Source: Thermodesulfobacteriota bacterium (GTDB lineage Bacteria > Desulfobacterota > Desulfobacteria > Desulfobacterales > SURF-7). Taken from it: DNA of 64,000 nt. The notes under the pieces were generated by a model. The model searched no databases. It was not told the origin of the DNA and saw only the letters and a program-made list of their open reading frames with translations. Positions 29,360 through 39,436 of the stretch are shown here, one piece after another (the first letter of the stretch is position 1; each line of letters opens with the position of its first letter). The stretch spans positions 1 to 64,000 of the forward strand of contig JBMORA010000001.1 in the NCBI GenBank assembly GCA_049320885.1, written 5' to 3'. A program made the translations under genes and the position numbers.

Positions 29360-30178
29360 TCAGCGCGCAAAATGATTCATGCTGCCCGAAACATAACCGG
29401 TCAGATCGCAGACGACATAAGCAAAACCCAGTTTTTTCAGTTCAGCCACGATTCTCAGGCGGTTCTCTCCGTCCAGCAGCCTTCCGATCTCCTCCGCCGG
29501 GACTTCAATCCTGGCGATCTCGCCGTGATGACGAACCCGGCACATGCTGAACCCCTGATCCAGGAGGATACGTTCAGCCAGTCCGATGCTGCGCAATGTC
29601 TCTTCCGTGATCGGTGTTCCATAGGGAACCCGCGTTGCAAGGCAGGCCATGGCGGGTCGATTCCAGGTGGGCAGGCTCATTTCCCTGGATAAGCGCCGGA
29701 CTTCCGCCTTGGTCAGCCCCGCTTCCACCAACGGGGCCGCAATCCCCAGCTCCGCTGCAGCCATCAATCCGGGCCGGTAGTCGTTCAAGTCATCCATGGT
29801 AACGCCATGGGCTACGGCGGCCAGCCCCATATTCCGGGCCACCTGGCGGAAAGCGGCAAACAGGTATTGTTTACAGATATAGCAACGATTCTTCGGATTG
29901 GCGGCAAATTCCGGTATGGTCAGCTCACTGGTTTCATGGAGGATATGGCGGGCACCCAATCGAAAGGCCGTTTCAACGGCGTGGTTCCGCTCCTCCATGG
30001 GATGTATCGCCGAAACCGCCGTTATGGCCACAACCCGATCCTGAAGCACTTCCCTGGCCGCCGCCAGTAATAACGTGCTGTCGGCACCGCCGGAAAACGC
30101 CACCAGCAGGGAATCGAAACGGCGGATCATGGCATACAGCAAGTCCTTTTTCTCGTATACCGTTCCATACTCCACCAT
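29360..30178 (-). CDS. larE: ATP-dependent sulfur transferase LarE family (PP-loop)
   Basis: AFSGGADS, NRCYICK, DDLNDYRPG, ACLATR, RVRHHG and GYVSGSMN. Confidence 0.9.
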   Translation of the reverse strand: MVEYGTVYEKKDLLYAMIRRFDSLLVAFSGGADSTLLLAAAREVLQDRVVAITAVSAIHPMEERNHAVETAFRLGARHILHETSELTIPEFAANPKNRCYICKQYLFAAFRQVARNMGLAAVAHGVTMDDLNDYRPGLMAAAELGIAAPLVEAGLTKAEVRRLSREMSLPTWNRPAMACLATRVPYGTPITEETLRSIGLAERILLDQGFSMCRVRHHGEIARIEVPAEEIGRLLDGENRLRIVAELKKLGFAYVVCDLTGYVSGSMNHFAR

Positions 30179-30212
30179 GCATCCTCCCATTATCCGGCAG
30201 CCGCTCCGGGTT

Positions 30213-31175
30213 TCAGCAGGCGGCGAAGCGTTTTGCGATTTGACCGGCTTCGCTCATAATCCGGTCGAAGAGGGTTCGAACAGTGGGAATATCATGGTTC
30301 AATCCCACGCCCTGGCCCACGGAAATGATGCCACAGTCCAGATCACCCTCCCCGTACATCCGTCGGGCGTTTTCTCCTGAAACGATTTTCAATATCTCAC
30401 CGAGATCCGCCCCCCTGGATTCCACCTCCGCGCATTTCTTCGCCGCGGCGTTGACCCAGACCCGATGGGTGGCGCCGATGGAACGCATGACCAACATGGT
30501 ATCCTGCTCACTGGCCTGAACCAGGGCCTGTTTCAGATTGTCATGAATCGGGCATTCCCGGGTCATCAACAGCCGTGTGCCGATGATCACGCCATCGGCC
30601 CCCAGGGATAGAAGCGCCATGAGACCACGGCCGTCCGATACACCACCGCCGCCGATAACCGGAACCCGAACGGCGTCCTTCACCGCCGGCACCAGCACCA
30701 GTGTGCCGATGTCCAGTTTACCCGTGGCGCCGCCGTTTTCATATCCCACCACGGTTATCATGTCCGCGCCCATCTGTTCCACCTTGCGAGCGTAACGGAC
30801 GCCGACGCATTTATGAATCCAGGTCAGACCGGCGGACTTGAATCTTGCACACAGATCTTCCGGTGCCGAATGTCCGGAAGTCTCCACGATGCCGACCCCT
30901 TTTTCGATCAGGATATCCAGGTAATCATTGTTGTCGATGGGCCGCATGGAGGGAAACAGGTTGATGTTCACCGCAAACGGTTTGTCCGTGGCGGCTTTGA
31001 CCTGATCGATGGCCAAGGCGAATTCCTCCCGGGTCGGATAAATCGCGGAAGCCAGGATTCCCAACCCCCCGGCGTTGGAAATCGCCGCAACGAATTCGGA
31101 GGTGGAAATCCACATCATGGTACCGCCGATGATCGGATACTGAATGCCGAGTTTTTCCGTCAATCGCGTCTTCAA
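30213..31175 (-). CDS. Nitronate monooxygenase / FabK-like flavoprotein
   Basis: YPIIGG, AGGLGI, KPFAVN, PVIGGGGVSDG and GQGVG. Confidence 0.9.
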   Translation of the reverse strand: MKTRLTEKLGIQYPIIGGTMMWISTSEFVAAISNAGGLGILASAIYPTREEFALAIDQVKAATDKPFAVNINLFPSMRPIDNNDYLDILIEKGVGIVETSGHSAPEDLCARFKSAGLTWIHKCVGVRYARKVEQMGADMITVVGYENGGATGKLDIGTLVLVPAVKDAVRVPVIGGGGVSDGRGLMALLSLGADGVIIGTRLLMTRECPIHDNLKQALVQASEQDTMLVMRSIGATHRVWVNAAAKKCAEVESRGADLGEILKIVSGENARRMYGEGDLDCGIISVGQGVGLNHDIPTVRTLFDRIMSEAGQIAKRFAAC

Positions 31176-31504
31176 CAGTTACCTCCCTGTCTGCCGCCCC
31201 CTGTCGTGGGACAACGGTTTACGGTTGCTATTCTCCGGCACATTCACCGCCGGGATGAATTATCCCCCCTTATGATTCTTTTCGAACCATTTTTCAATCC
31301 CGAATTTTCGGACGAAACGATTGCTGAAAGCAACACGGGCTGGCTGGCGCCCCGTTGCTCCCGGTCCGCACGCCCCGACTTCATGCTTGCCAATTCCGAT
31401 CCGTTCCTGTATGACACACGGAAAACCTGCCGAAAATCGAAGCATCGTCATCCATCAAGAGGCTCCGGGCCACCTGGGCCCTGTTGAAACGGGAGAACAA
31501 CACC

Positions 31505-33460
31505 ATGACGCAACCGCTCTGGAATCCGCCTGAAGAGAGAATCCTGAAATCAAACATGTACCGCTTCATGGGAGTGGTCAATCAGAAATTCGGACAGAAT
31601 TGCAACGACTACCGGCAGCTTTACCAATGGTCCATCGATCATATCGCCGATTTCTGGGATACCATGTGGAGTTTTGCCGGAATCCTCACCAGTGCGCCAT
31701 ATCACCAGGTAGTCGACGACATCCGAAAAATGTCGGGAGCTGCTTGGTTTTCCGGAGCCCGGCTCAATTTCGCCGAAAACCTGTTGCGATACCGGGATGA
31801 CCGCACCGCCTTGATCGCGGTGGGAGAGGACCGCAATGCCACCTGCCTGAGCTATGCCGGACTGTATCAGGAGGTCGCCCGCCTGGCCAAATCCCTTCGC
31901 GATGCTGGCCTCCGGCCGGGAGACCGGGTGGCTGGCTTCATGCCCAATATCCCGCAGACCACCATTGCAATGCTGGCGGCCACCAGCATCGGCGCTGTCT
32001 GGTCGTCCTGTTCACCGGATTTCGGTATTAAGGGAGTTCTAGACCGGTTTGGGCAGATACAGCCCAAAATTTTATTCACGGCCGACGGGTATTCTTTTAA
32101 AGGCAAGAAAATCGACTCCCTGACCCCCATGGCCGACATCGTCGGCCGGCTGCCATCGATTGAAAAAGTGGTTGTCGTACCCTATATAAAGAAGTGCCCG
32201 GAAATCGCCCGCGTCCCGCATTCAGTCCACTACGGGGAATTCATTTCCCCGGATACCAACATGGAAATTCTGTTCGAACAGCTTCCCGCGGCCCATCCGC
32301 TCTACATCATGTATTCAAGCGGCACAACGGGATTACCCAAATGCATGGTCCAAAGCGCCGGGGGCATTCTCGTGCACCATCTGAAGGAATTGTTGCTGCA
32401 CACGGATGTAAAAAGGGACGACACGATTTTCTACTACACGACCTGCGGATGGATGATGTGGAACTGGCTGACCAGCTCACTGGCGACAGGCGCCACCCTG
32501 GTTCTGTATGACGGGAATCCTTTCCACCCGGAACCGGGGGTTCTCTGGCGCATGGCCCAGGATCAAAAAATAACGATTTTCGGAACCAGCGCGGGCTATA
32601 TCGCCGCACTTCAGAATACGGGGGTAAAACCGGGGAAAGGCTATGACCTGTCGAGTCTGCGGACCCTGCTTTCGACTGGTTCGCCCCTTTCCATCGAGGG
32701 CTTTCATTTCATCTACCGGGAGGTCAAACAGGACCTGCAACTCTCATCCATCTCCGGCGGCACTGATTTGAACGGCTGTTTTGCCCTGGGAAATCCCATG
32801 GGACCGGTTTACGCGGGAGAACTGCAATGCCGGGGCCTGGCCATGCGCGTTGAATCCTTCGATGATCAAGGAAATTCCGTCACCGGGCAGCAGGGGGAAC
32901 TGGTTTGCACGGCCCCGTTTCCTTCCATGCCGATCTATTTCTGGGACGACCCGGACGGGAAAAAATATCATGCCGCTTATTTCAACATCTATCCGAATAT
33001 CTGGCGGCATGGGGATTTCATTGAAATCAACGACCGGGGCGGAGTGATCATTTACGGCCGGTCCGACGCCACCTTGAACCCCGGAGGCGTCCGCATCGGG
33101 ACAGCGGAAATATACCGACAGGTGGAACAGATACCGGAAATTGAAGACAGTGTTGTCATCGGCCAGAACTGGAAAAACGATATCCGCGTGATTCTCTTTG
33201 TCAAACTGGGCCCCGGAGCGGATTTAAACGAAGCGTTGATCACCAGGATCAAAACAACCATCCGCGACAACGCTTCCCCCCGCCATGTGCCGGCAAAAAT
33301 CATCGCCGTTCCCGGGATCCCGTATACCCTGAACATGAAGAAAGTCGAACTCGCCGTGAAAAAGACGATCGAAAACAAGCCGGTATTGAACAAGGAAGCC
33401 CTGCTCAATCCGGAAGTTCTGGATTTCTATTCGAATTTGACGGCTTTACAGGAGGATTGA
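31505..33460 (+). CDS. Acetoacetate--CoA ligase (acetoacetyl-CoA synthetase)
   Basis: LNFAENLL, WSSCSPDFG, YSSGTTGLPK, GWMMWNW, GRSDATLNPGGVRIGTAE and KKVELAVK. Confidence 0.94.
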   Translation: MTQPLWNPPEERILKSNMYRFMGVVNQKFGQNCNDYRQLYQWSIDHIADFWDTMWSFAGILTSAPYHQVVDDIRKMSGAAWFSGARLNFAENLLRYRDDRTALIAVGEDRNATCLSYAGLYQEVARLAKSLRDAGLRPGDRVAGFMPNIPQTTIAMLAATSIGAVWSSCSPDFGIKGVLDRFGQIQPKILFTADGYSFKGKKIDSLTPMADIVGRLPSIEKVVVVPYIKKCPEIARVPHSVHYGEFISPDTNMEILFEQLPAAHPLYIMYSSGTTGLPKCMVQSAGGILVHHLKELLLHTDVKRDDTIFYYTTCGWMMWNWLTSSLATGATLVLYDGNPFHPEPGVLWRMAQDQKITIFGTSAGYIAALQNTGVKPGKGYDLSSLRTLLSTGSPLSIEGFHFIYREVKQDLQLSSISGGTDLNGCFALGNPMGPVYAGELQCRGLAMRVESFDDQGNSVTGQQGELVCTAPFPSMPIYFWDDPDGKKYHAAYFNIYPNIWRHGDFIEINDRGGVIIYGRSDATLNPGGVRIGTAEIYRQVEQIPEIEDSVVIGQNWKNDIRVILFVKLGPGADLNEALITRIKTTIRDNASPRHVPAKIIAVPGIPYTLNMKKVELAVKKTIENKPVLNKEALLNPEVLDFYSNLTALQED

Positions 33461-33500
33461 ACCTCGTGGAATCACTACATCTTTGCCTTGGGGGAAATGG

Positions 33501-34079
33501 TTATTCTTCAACCAGATAGTCCTGGAACAACCGATGGACCGTCTGCGCATGCCACTGCCCTCTTCCGGAGAAAGTCTGAAATTGCTCCTTTTCCAGGTAG
33601 AGGGCGATATTATCGAAGGTTTCTCCTTTATTCCGCATTTTTTCAATGACTTGCAGAATCTTTTTGCGATTCTGATCCAGGGGCTTCCGGGCGCGGGTCC
33701 TTTTTTTTCGCGTGTCCCTGGCGAGCAGGGCGCCTTCCAGACCGGAGGATTTCACATATTCAAAGACGGTTTTCATGATTTCCGTTTTCTCGGATTCCGC
33801 TTTGGCTTTCAATTCCTCGAGCTCGACGGCGCGCTTCTGACATTGGACGGCATTCTCCAGAAATGTCGTGACCGCCGGCATCATGGTTTTCACTAGTTCC
33901 ACCAGGGTCTCTTCGAAAGGCGTCATTTTAACCCTGCGCCGATCCTGACCGTTGCGTTTTTCATTGCCGAAATACTGTTGCTGGCTCTCGTAATGATATT
34001 GATGCCGGTCATAATTTGTTCTGCTTTGCGGCTGTTTATCTTTTCCACTTCTGATATTCTTTAAAAAATCATTGCTCAT
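33501..34079 (-). CDS. Hypothetical coiled-coil protein with C-terminal recombinase-like HTH
   Basis: RBS AGGAGG; C-terminal GETFDNIALYLEK...TFSGRGQWHAQTVHRL. Confidence 0.7.
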   Translation of the reverse strand: MSNDFLKNIRSGKDKQPQSRTNYDRHQYHYESQQQYFGNEKRNGQDRRRVKMTPFEETLVELVKTMMPAVTTFLENAVQCQKRAVELEELKAKAESEKTEIMKTVFEYVKSSGLEGALLARDTRKKRTRARKPLDQNRKKILQVIEKMRNKGETFDNIALYLEKEQFQTFSGRGQWHAQTVHRLFQDYLVEE

Positions 34080-34251
34080 TCCGACCTCCTTGACAATGTT
34101 GACCTGACAATTGAATGAACTTTCGTTTTCTCGCTTGCTGACGTACGAAAATCAATGGGAGTGAGCGACCGACTAGAAACTACAGCTGGTTGATGAGGAA
34201 GATACTCTGAAAGAAAGCGGACCCTGTCATTGAGTTTAATTCGTCTTTGCT

Positions 34252-34280
34252 TTTATACTACAGCCCGGGTGAAAAATCAA
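34252..34280 (-). promoter_or_regulatory. sigma70-type promoter for the 33501-34079 gene
   Basis: Minus strand TTGATT-N17-TATAAA. Confidence 0.5.
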
Positions 34281-34310
34281 GCCGGAAATTCCCATCGTCC
34301 CTGCTGCATT

Positions 34311-34352
34311 CTTGACAGCTCCCTTGACAGCTCCCAGGGGTTTTCGTATAGT
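34311..34352 (+). promoter_or_regulatory. sigma70-type promoter of the debranching-enzyme gene with duplicated -35
   Basis: CTTGACAGCTCC x2; second copy TTGACA-N17-TATAGT. Confidence 0.7.
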
Positions 34353-34487
34353 TTCGGGCAGTCGGTTGTTTTATCATACGCCTTCCCGTACCCGGTCATT
34401 CCGATTGATTCCTCGAATACAACCGTATGGAAACGGCGGCCTGCCTTCGGAAGGGTAATAACCTACAGCAAAACGGAACTGTCCACC

Positions 34488-37400
34488 ATGTCCCCATCGA
34501 GCATTGTTACCGATTGGCTTCACCAGGAACCCAGGCCCGGAGACCATCACCTCATGTTCCGGGGTGATGTCCGGACTTTCCGGCTGTTCATTCACCGGGA
34601 CATTCCGGGAAAGGCCTGGATCCGGACCAATATCGGCCGCGCGGGGATCATCCGCGGGGAAATCATCGAAGAAATCCGTCATGAAACACCACGGCTCGGA
34701 CGCGCCTGGTTTGATATTCCCATGCGTGAAACCGAACATGGTTGTTTCGAAATCACCCTTCCCCTCGGCGAAACAGGTCATTTCGAGGCCAAATGCTTTT
34801 TCCTGCCAGAGGGGGAAAAGGCGCCGCTGTGGCCCGAAGGCGGCAATACCGTCATCAATGTGGAACCCGCGGACACCTGCTGCGGGAATATCGTGTACAA
34901 CACGTTCGTCAGACAATTCGGGCCGAATAAGAACGGCCGGAATCCGCTCCCCTGGGATAAAGACGACATCGTTCGCAAATTTGACGAATCCGGATACACC
35001 GTCATCCCCCCTTCCGGCACCTTCCGCGACCTGATCAGGGAATTGGATTTCATCATCCATGACCTGGGTTGTCGTTTTCTCCAGCTGCTTCCCATCCATC
35101 CCACCCCTACGACCTTCGCGCGGATGGGACGCTTCGGCAGTCCCTATGCTTCCCTGAGTTTCACCGCTGTGGACCCCGCTTTGGCGGAATTCGATCCCAA
35201 AGCCACTCCCCTGGAACAATTCATCGAATTGGTGGATGCCGTCCATGCCCGCAACGCCAAGATAATCCTGGATATCGCCATTAATCATACGGGCTGGGCC
35301 GCCAGCCTCCATGAAACCCATCCGGAATGGCTGGTACGCGATCCGGAAGGCCGGATCGAGGCACCCGGCGCCTGGGGAGTCATCTGGGCGGATCTCACCA
35401 AACTCGATTACAGCAAAACCGACCTGTGGGAATATATGGCCGAGGTGTTTCTGATCTGGTGCCATCGCGGCGTCGACGGTTTCCGGTGTGACGCCGGCTA
35501 CATGATTCCGGTGCCGGCCTGGACCTATATCGTGGCGACGGTCCGGAACCAATATCCGGACACTATTTTTCTGCTGGAAGGTCTCGGCGGGAAAATCTCC
35601 GACACCCGGGCGATTTTAAACGAAGCCAATTTCAATTGGGCCTACTCGGAACTGTTCCAGAATTATGATCGCGGCCAGATCGAACACTATCTACCAGAAG
35701 TATTTGAAATTTCATTAAAAGATGGCATCATGGTGCATTTCGCGGAGACCCATGACAACAATCGCCTGGCTGCCAGGTCTCCCAACTACGCCCGCATGCG
35801 CACCGCCTTGTGCGCCCTCTGCGCCCCCTTCGGCGCATATGGATACGCGGGAGGGGTGGAATGGTATGCCACGGAAAAAATCGACGTCCATGAAGCCAAT
35901 TCGCTCAACTGGGGCGCCTCTCATAACCAGATCGGACATTTGCGGAGGCTCAGCGACATCCTGAAGAATCATCCCTGTTTTCATGATCAGACAGACCTGA
36001 AACCGATGCCGGTGGAGGGGGACAACCAGATCGTTCTGATGCGGCACCATCGTCCTTCCGGAAAAACGGTTTTCGTCGTCGTCAACCTGGACGAACACCA
36101 GGAAGGCATCATCAGCTGGAACCTGCCGGAGGACATCCAGATGCCGTCAAGACCCGTTGATCTCGTCACCGGCCGGGAAATCGACGTTTCGGTTTCCGGG
36201 CAGCGCGTTTCCTGCCGCCTGGCGGCGGGAGAAGTTCTTTGCCTGTCCATGGCCCCAGGCGACCTGGAAATATGCCGAACGGCGGGGGGAAATTCCCGCG
36301 GCCTGCCGGAACGGATCAAACAGCAGAGAATTCGTGCCAAAGCCCTCGACATTCATACCTTCTATAACGGAATCGGCGACCTTGCCGGATTCGATCCGGA
36401 CCAGGCGGCCGGACAACTGGTGGCGGATCCGCTGGAATTCTGCCGGCTGCAAAACCGGTTCAGTCAGGAAACCCGGGTCATCCACTGGCAGTATCCGGAA
36501 GATCGGATGCGCGAAGTCATGATCCCCCCGAATCATTTCCTGTTTGTTCGAGCTCCCTTGCCCTTTCAGGCCAGGATCATCAACGACCGGCAGATCGTCA
36601 CGGGCGTCGAGACCAGCCTGGAAGACAGGTCCGGGGGCCATTTCTGTTTGTTCCAACCAGCGGTCCCGCCGCAATCCCATACCTCTCACAGACTGAAAAT
36701 CCGCCTTTTTGCTTCCGAGAAGGCAATTCATTGCGAAGCACCGCTGCTCTTGTTATCCTCCCACGAAAATTGCCGGATTCAGACAAGTTTCACCCGCCAT
36801 GACCTGTTAAACCGGCCCCTCTGTTTCAGCGTTTCCAACGGTCGCGGCGCATGTCTCCGGGCCCGCCTGGCCTGGGGCAGGCTGGAAAGTCGTTACGATG
36901 CGCTGCTGGCGGCCAACTTCGATTCATCCGGCCCGAACGACCGCTGCATCCTGTTCAGTCGATGCCGGGCCTGGCTCGTCTACCAGGGGTATTCCCAGGA
37001 GGTCTGCCTGGCGGCCCTGGACAGGTTTATCCTGGAAGGGTATTCCCGCGGAGTCTGGCAGTTCCGTATTCCATCCGGTCAGGGGGAATATACCCTGCTG
37101 TCCATCGCACTGGAAATGCCCAACGGGAAAAACACGGTCCGCATGATGTTCCATCGTCACGGCACCAATGGAGATGCGGACCGGCTGGCCGACCACAAAG
37201 AGGTCCTGTTAATTCTCCGGCCGGATATCGAATGCCGTAATTTTCATGAAACCACCAAGGCATATGTGGGACCGGAAACCGCTTGGCGGGAAGCGGTCCA
37301 TTCCCGGGAAGATCATTTTGTCTTTTCCCCGGCGCACGACCGACATCTGTCCATGCGCCTTTCGGACGGACGGTTTTTCGAGGACGTTGAATGGCATTAT

Positions 37401-38801
37401 ATGGTCCACCGCGCCCTGGACGGGGAACGCGGCCTGGATCCGCTGTCCGATCTGTTCAGTCCCGGCTATTTTCAAGTCGGCATGAAGGGCGGTGACAGCG
37501 CGGTCTTGTCGGCGGAAGCCCTTGAGACGCCGAAGGAAAAAAAGGCCCTGGCCAAAAAAGCCGTCTGGAAAACCAGCGCCTTCCGCGGGCCGTCCAGCCT
37601 GGATCCGGTGGAAGCGCTTACATCGGCCATGGACCATTTTCTGGTTTCCCGGGATGGCCTGAAATCCGTCATCGCCGGCTATCCCTGGTTTCTGGACTGG
37701 GGCCGGGACTCGTTGATCTTCACCCGCGGGTTGATCGCCGCCGGCAAGACGGACGAAGCCAGAGCCGTGCTGCTGCAATTCGGCCGGTTTGAACAAAGCG
37801 GAACACTACCCAATATGATCCGCGGCCGGGATGCCGGAAACCGGGAAACCGCCGATGCCCCCCTGTGGTTCTTCATCGCCTGTGAGGATCTTCTCCGGAC
37901 GGAGGGCGACAGGGAATTTCTGGATACGGGCTGTGGCGCGAAAACCCTGCGCGAGGCCCTGATCTCCATCGGACGCGGCTATGTCTCCGGCACCCCCAAC
38001 GGCGTCAAAATGGATCCGGAAACCGGTCTGATTTTCTGCCCGGCGCATTATACCTGGATGGATACCAATTATCCCGCCGGCACGCCGCGGGAGGGATATC
38101 CCATCGAAATACAGGCCATGTGGTACCGGGCATTGCGGTTTCTTGCCACCATCGATCCAACGGCCGACCGCTCCCTGTGGAAGGAAAAAGCGACGCAAGT
38201 CCGGGATGCCATCTCCCGGCTGTATGTTCTCGATCATGGGAACGGTCTTTCCGATTGCCGGCACTGCCCGGCCGGCGTTTCCGCAACGAAGGCCGAACCC
38301 GATGACGCCATCAGGCCCAATCAGTTGCTGGCCGTGACTCTCGGCGCCCTGAACGATATCGATCTGATCAAGAATATCGTCGCTGCCTGCAGCCGACTGC
38401 TGGTGCCGGGAGCCATCCGCAGCCTGGCTGACGCGCCCCTCCAGCGCAGGCCCCTGGAAGTGCGCTGGCAGAACCGGTTGCTGGTGGATCCGCTTCGTCC
38501 CTACCAGGGACGATACAGCGGCGACGAAGATACCGCCAGGAAAGCGGCTTACCACAATGGAACCGCCTGGACCTGGCTTTTTCCCAGTTTCTGCGAGGCC
38601 TGGATCATGGCCTACGGACCACCCGGGAAACAAACCGCCCTGGACTGGCTGGGAAGCAGCATCCGGGTGATCAATACCGGAACCGTCGGACAAGTCCCTG
38701 AAATACTGGACGGGGATTTTCCCCACCGCCAGAAAGGATGCGACGCCCAGGCCTGGGGGGTCAGCGAACTTCTGCGGGTATGGAAATTCGCGTTGAAATG
38801 A
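34488..38801 (+). CDS. Bifunctional glycogen debranching enzyme (GH13 alpha-amylase/glucanotransferase domain plus amylo-alpha-1,6-glucosidase domain)
   Basis: LQLLPIHP, SPYA, INHT, DGFRCDAG and ETHDN (GH13); IAGYPWFLDWGRD, TWMD, RPNQ, AYHNGTAW and QAW (GDE C-terminal). Start at ATG 34488, downstream of the promoter. Confidence 0.9.
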   Translation: MSPSSIVTDWLHQEPRPGDHHLMFRGDVRTFRLFIHRDIPGKAWIRTNIGRAGIIRGEIIEEIRHETPRLGRAWFDIPMRETEHGCFEITLPLGETGHFEAKCFFLPEGEKAPLWPEGGNTVINVEPADTCCGNIVYNTFVRQFGPNKNGRNPLPWDKDDIVRKFDESGYTVIPPSGTFRDLIRELDFIIHDLGCRFLQLLPIHPTPTTFARMGRFGSPYASLSFTAVDPALAEFDPKATPLEQFIELVDAVHARNAKIILDIAINHTGWAASLHETHPEWLVRDPEGRIEAPGAWGVIWADLTKLDYSKTDLWEYMAEVFLIWCHRGVDGFRCDAGYMIPVPAWTYIVATVRNQYPDTIFLLEGLGGKISDTRAILNEANFNWAYSELFQNYDRGQIEHYLPEVFEISLKDGIMVHFAETHDNNRLAARSPNYARMRTALCALCAPFGAYGYAGGVEWYATEKIDVHEANSLNWGASHNQIGHLRRLSDILKNHPCFHDQTDLKPMPVEGDNQIVLMRHHRPSGKTVFVVVNLDEHQEGIISWNLPEDIQMPSRPVDLVTGREIDVSVSGQRVSCRLAAGEVLCLSMAPGDLEICRTAGGNSRGLPERIKQQRIRAKALDIHTFYNGIGDLAGFDPDQAAGQLVADPLEFCRLQNRFSQETRVIHWQYPEDRMREVMIPPNHFLFVRAPLPFQARIINDRQIVTGVETSLEDRSGGHFCLFQPAVPPQSHTSHRLKIRLFASEKAIHCEAPLLLLSSHENCRIQTSFTRHDLLNRPLCFSVSNGRGACLRARLAWGRLESRYDALLAANFDSSGPNDRCILFSRCRAWLVYQGYSQEVCLAALDRFILEGYSRGVWQFRIPSGQGEYTLLSIALEMPNGKNTVRMMFHRHGTNGDADRLADHKEVLLILRPDIECRNFHETTKAYVGPETAWREAVHSREDHFVFSPAHDRHLSMRLSDGRFFEDVEWHYMVHRALDGERGLDPLSDLFSPGYFQVGMKGGDSAVLSAEALETPKEKKALAKKAVWKTSAFRGPSSLDPVEALTSAMDHFLVSRDGLKSVIAGYPWFLDWGRDSLIFTRGLIAAGKTDEARAVLLQFGRFEQSGTLPNMIRGRDAGNRETADAPLWFFIACEDLLRTEGDREFLDTGCGAKTLREALISIGRGYVSGTPNGVKMDPETGLIFCPAHYTWMDTNYPAGTPREGYPIEIQAMWYRALRFLATIDPTADRSLWKEKATQVRDAISRLYVLDHGNGLSDCRHCPAGVSATKAEPDDAIRPNQLLAVTLGALNDIDLIKNIVAACSRLLVPGAIRSLADAPLQRRPLEVRWQNRLLVDPLRPYQGRYSGDEDTARKAAYHNGTAWTWLFPSFCEAWIMAYGPPGKQTALDWLGSSIRVINTGTVGQVPEILDGDFPHRQKGCDAQAWGVSELLRVWKFALK

Positions 38802-38874
38802 TATATACTGCGACCGTCAATCATCCCGCTCGTGGAGACAACATCATCCGAACATATCGAAGGAGACAACCGAC

Positions 38875-39330
38875 ATGGAACGCATTGACTTTGAAAAACT
38901 GATCAACTTCGCGATTAAAAACGAAATCAGCGCCCAGGAATTTTATCGCCGGGTATCTGAAAAAGTGACCGTACCCTTCCTGAAGAAGTTATTCGCCCAG
39001 TTTGTGGAGGAGGAAAGAAATCATCAACAGATCCTGGAAGGATTCCGTAACCTGGGGCCTTCCGAATTCCGTTTCACGGAAACCCCGGATTACCATTTGT
39101 CCGAAGAGGAAAAGTCTCCGGCGGTTTCGTCCGACATGAAGCCGGTTGAGGCCTTTGGCCTGGCGATGAAAAAAGAGGAGGCCGCCGTACGGCTCTATCT
39201 GTCCTTTGCCAACGTCACCAACGACCCGGAAAAAAAACGGATTTTTCAAGAATTGGCGAAGATGGAGCGCGAACACAAGCACAAGATGGAAAAAGCCTTC
39301 ATCGATGTCGGCTATCCGGAGGTGTGGTAG
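38875..39330 (+). CDS. Ferritin-like / rubrerythrin-family diiron protein
   Basis: Two E...ExxH halves (AIKNE...EERNH; AMKKE...MEREH). Confidence 0.9.
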   Translation: MERIDFEKLINFAIKNEISAQEFYRRVSEKVTVPFLKKLFAQFVEEERNHQQILEGFRNLGPSEFRFTETPDYHLSEEEKSPAVSSDMKPVEAFGLAMKKEEAAVRLYLSFANVTNDPEKKRIFQELAKMEREHKHKMEKAFIDVGYPEVW

Positions 39331-39436
39331 GAAAGTCCTATTGCATTTTGCCCGGCGCCATGGTATCAGGTTTTAACTTATAGATTTCATTGTTAAATAA
39401 TCGGAGAAAAATCATCATCCCCTTACCGGACCGGAT

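Noticed and set aside
34230..34487. 86-aa N-terminal extension of the debranching enzyme in the ORF track
   Set aside because: Overlaps the predicted promoters; ATG 34488 is more plausible
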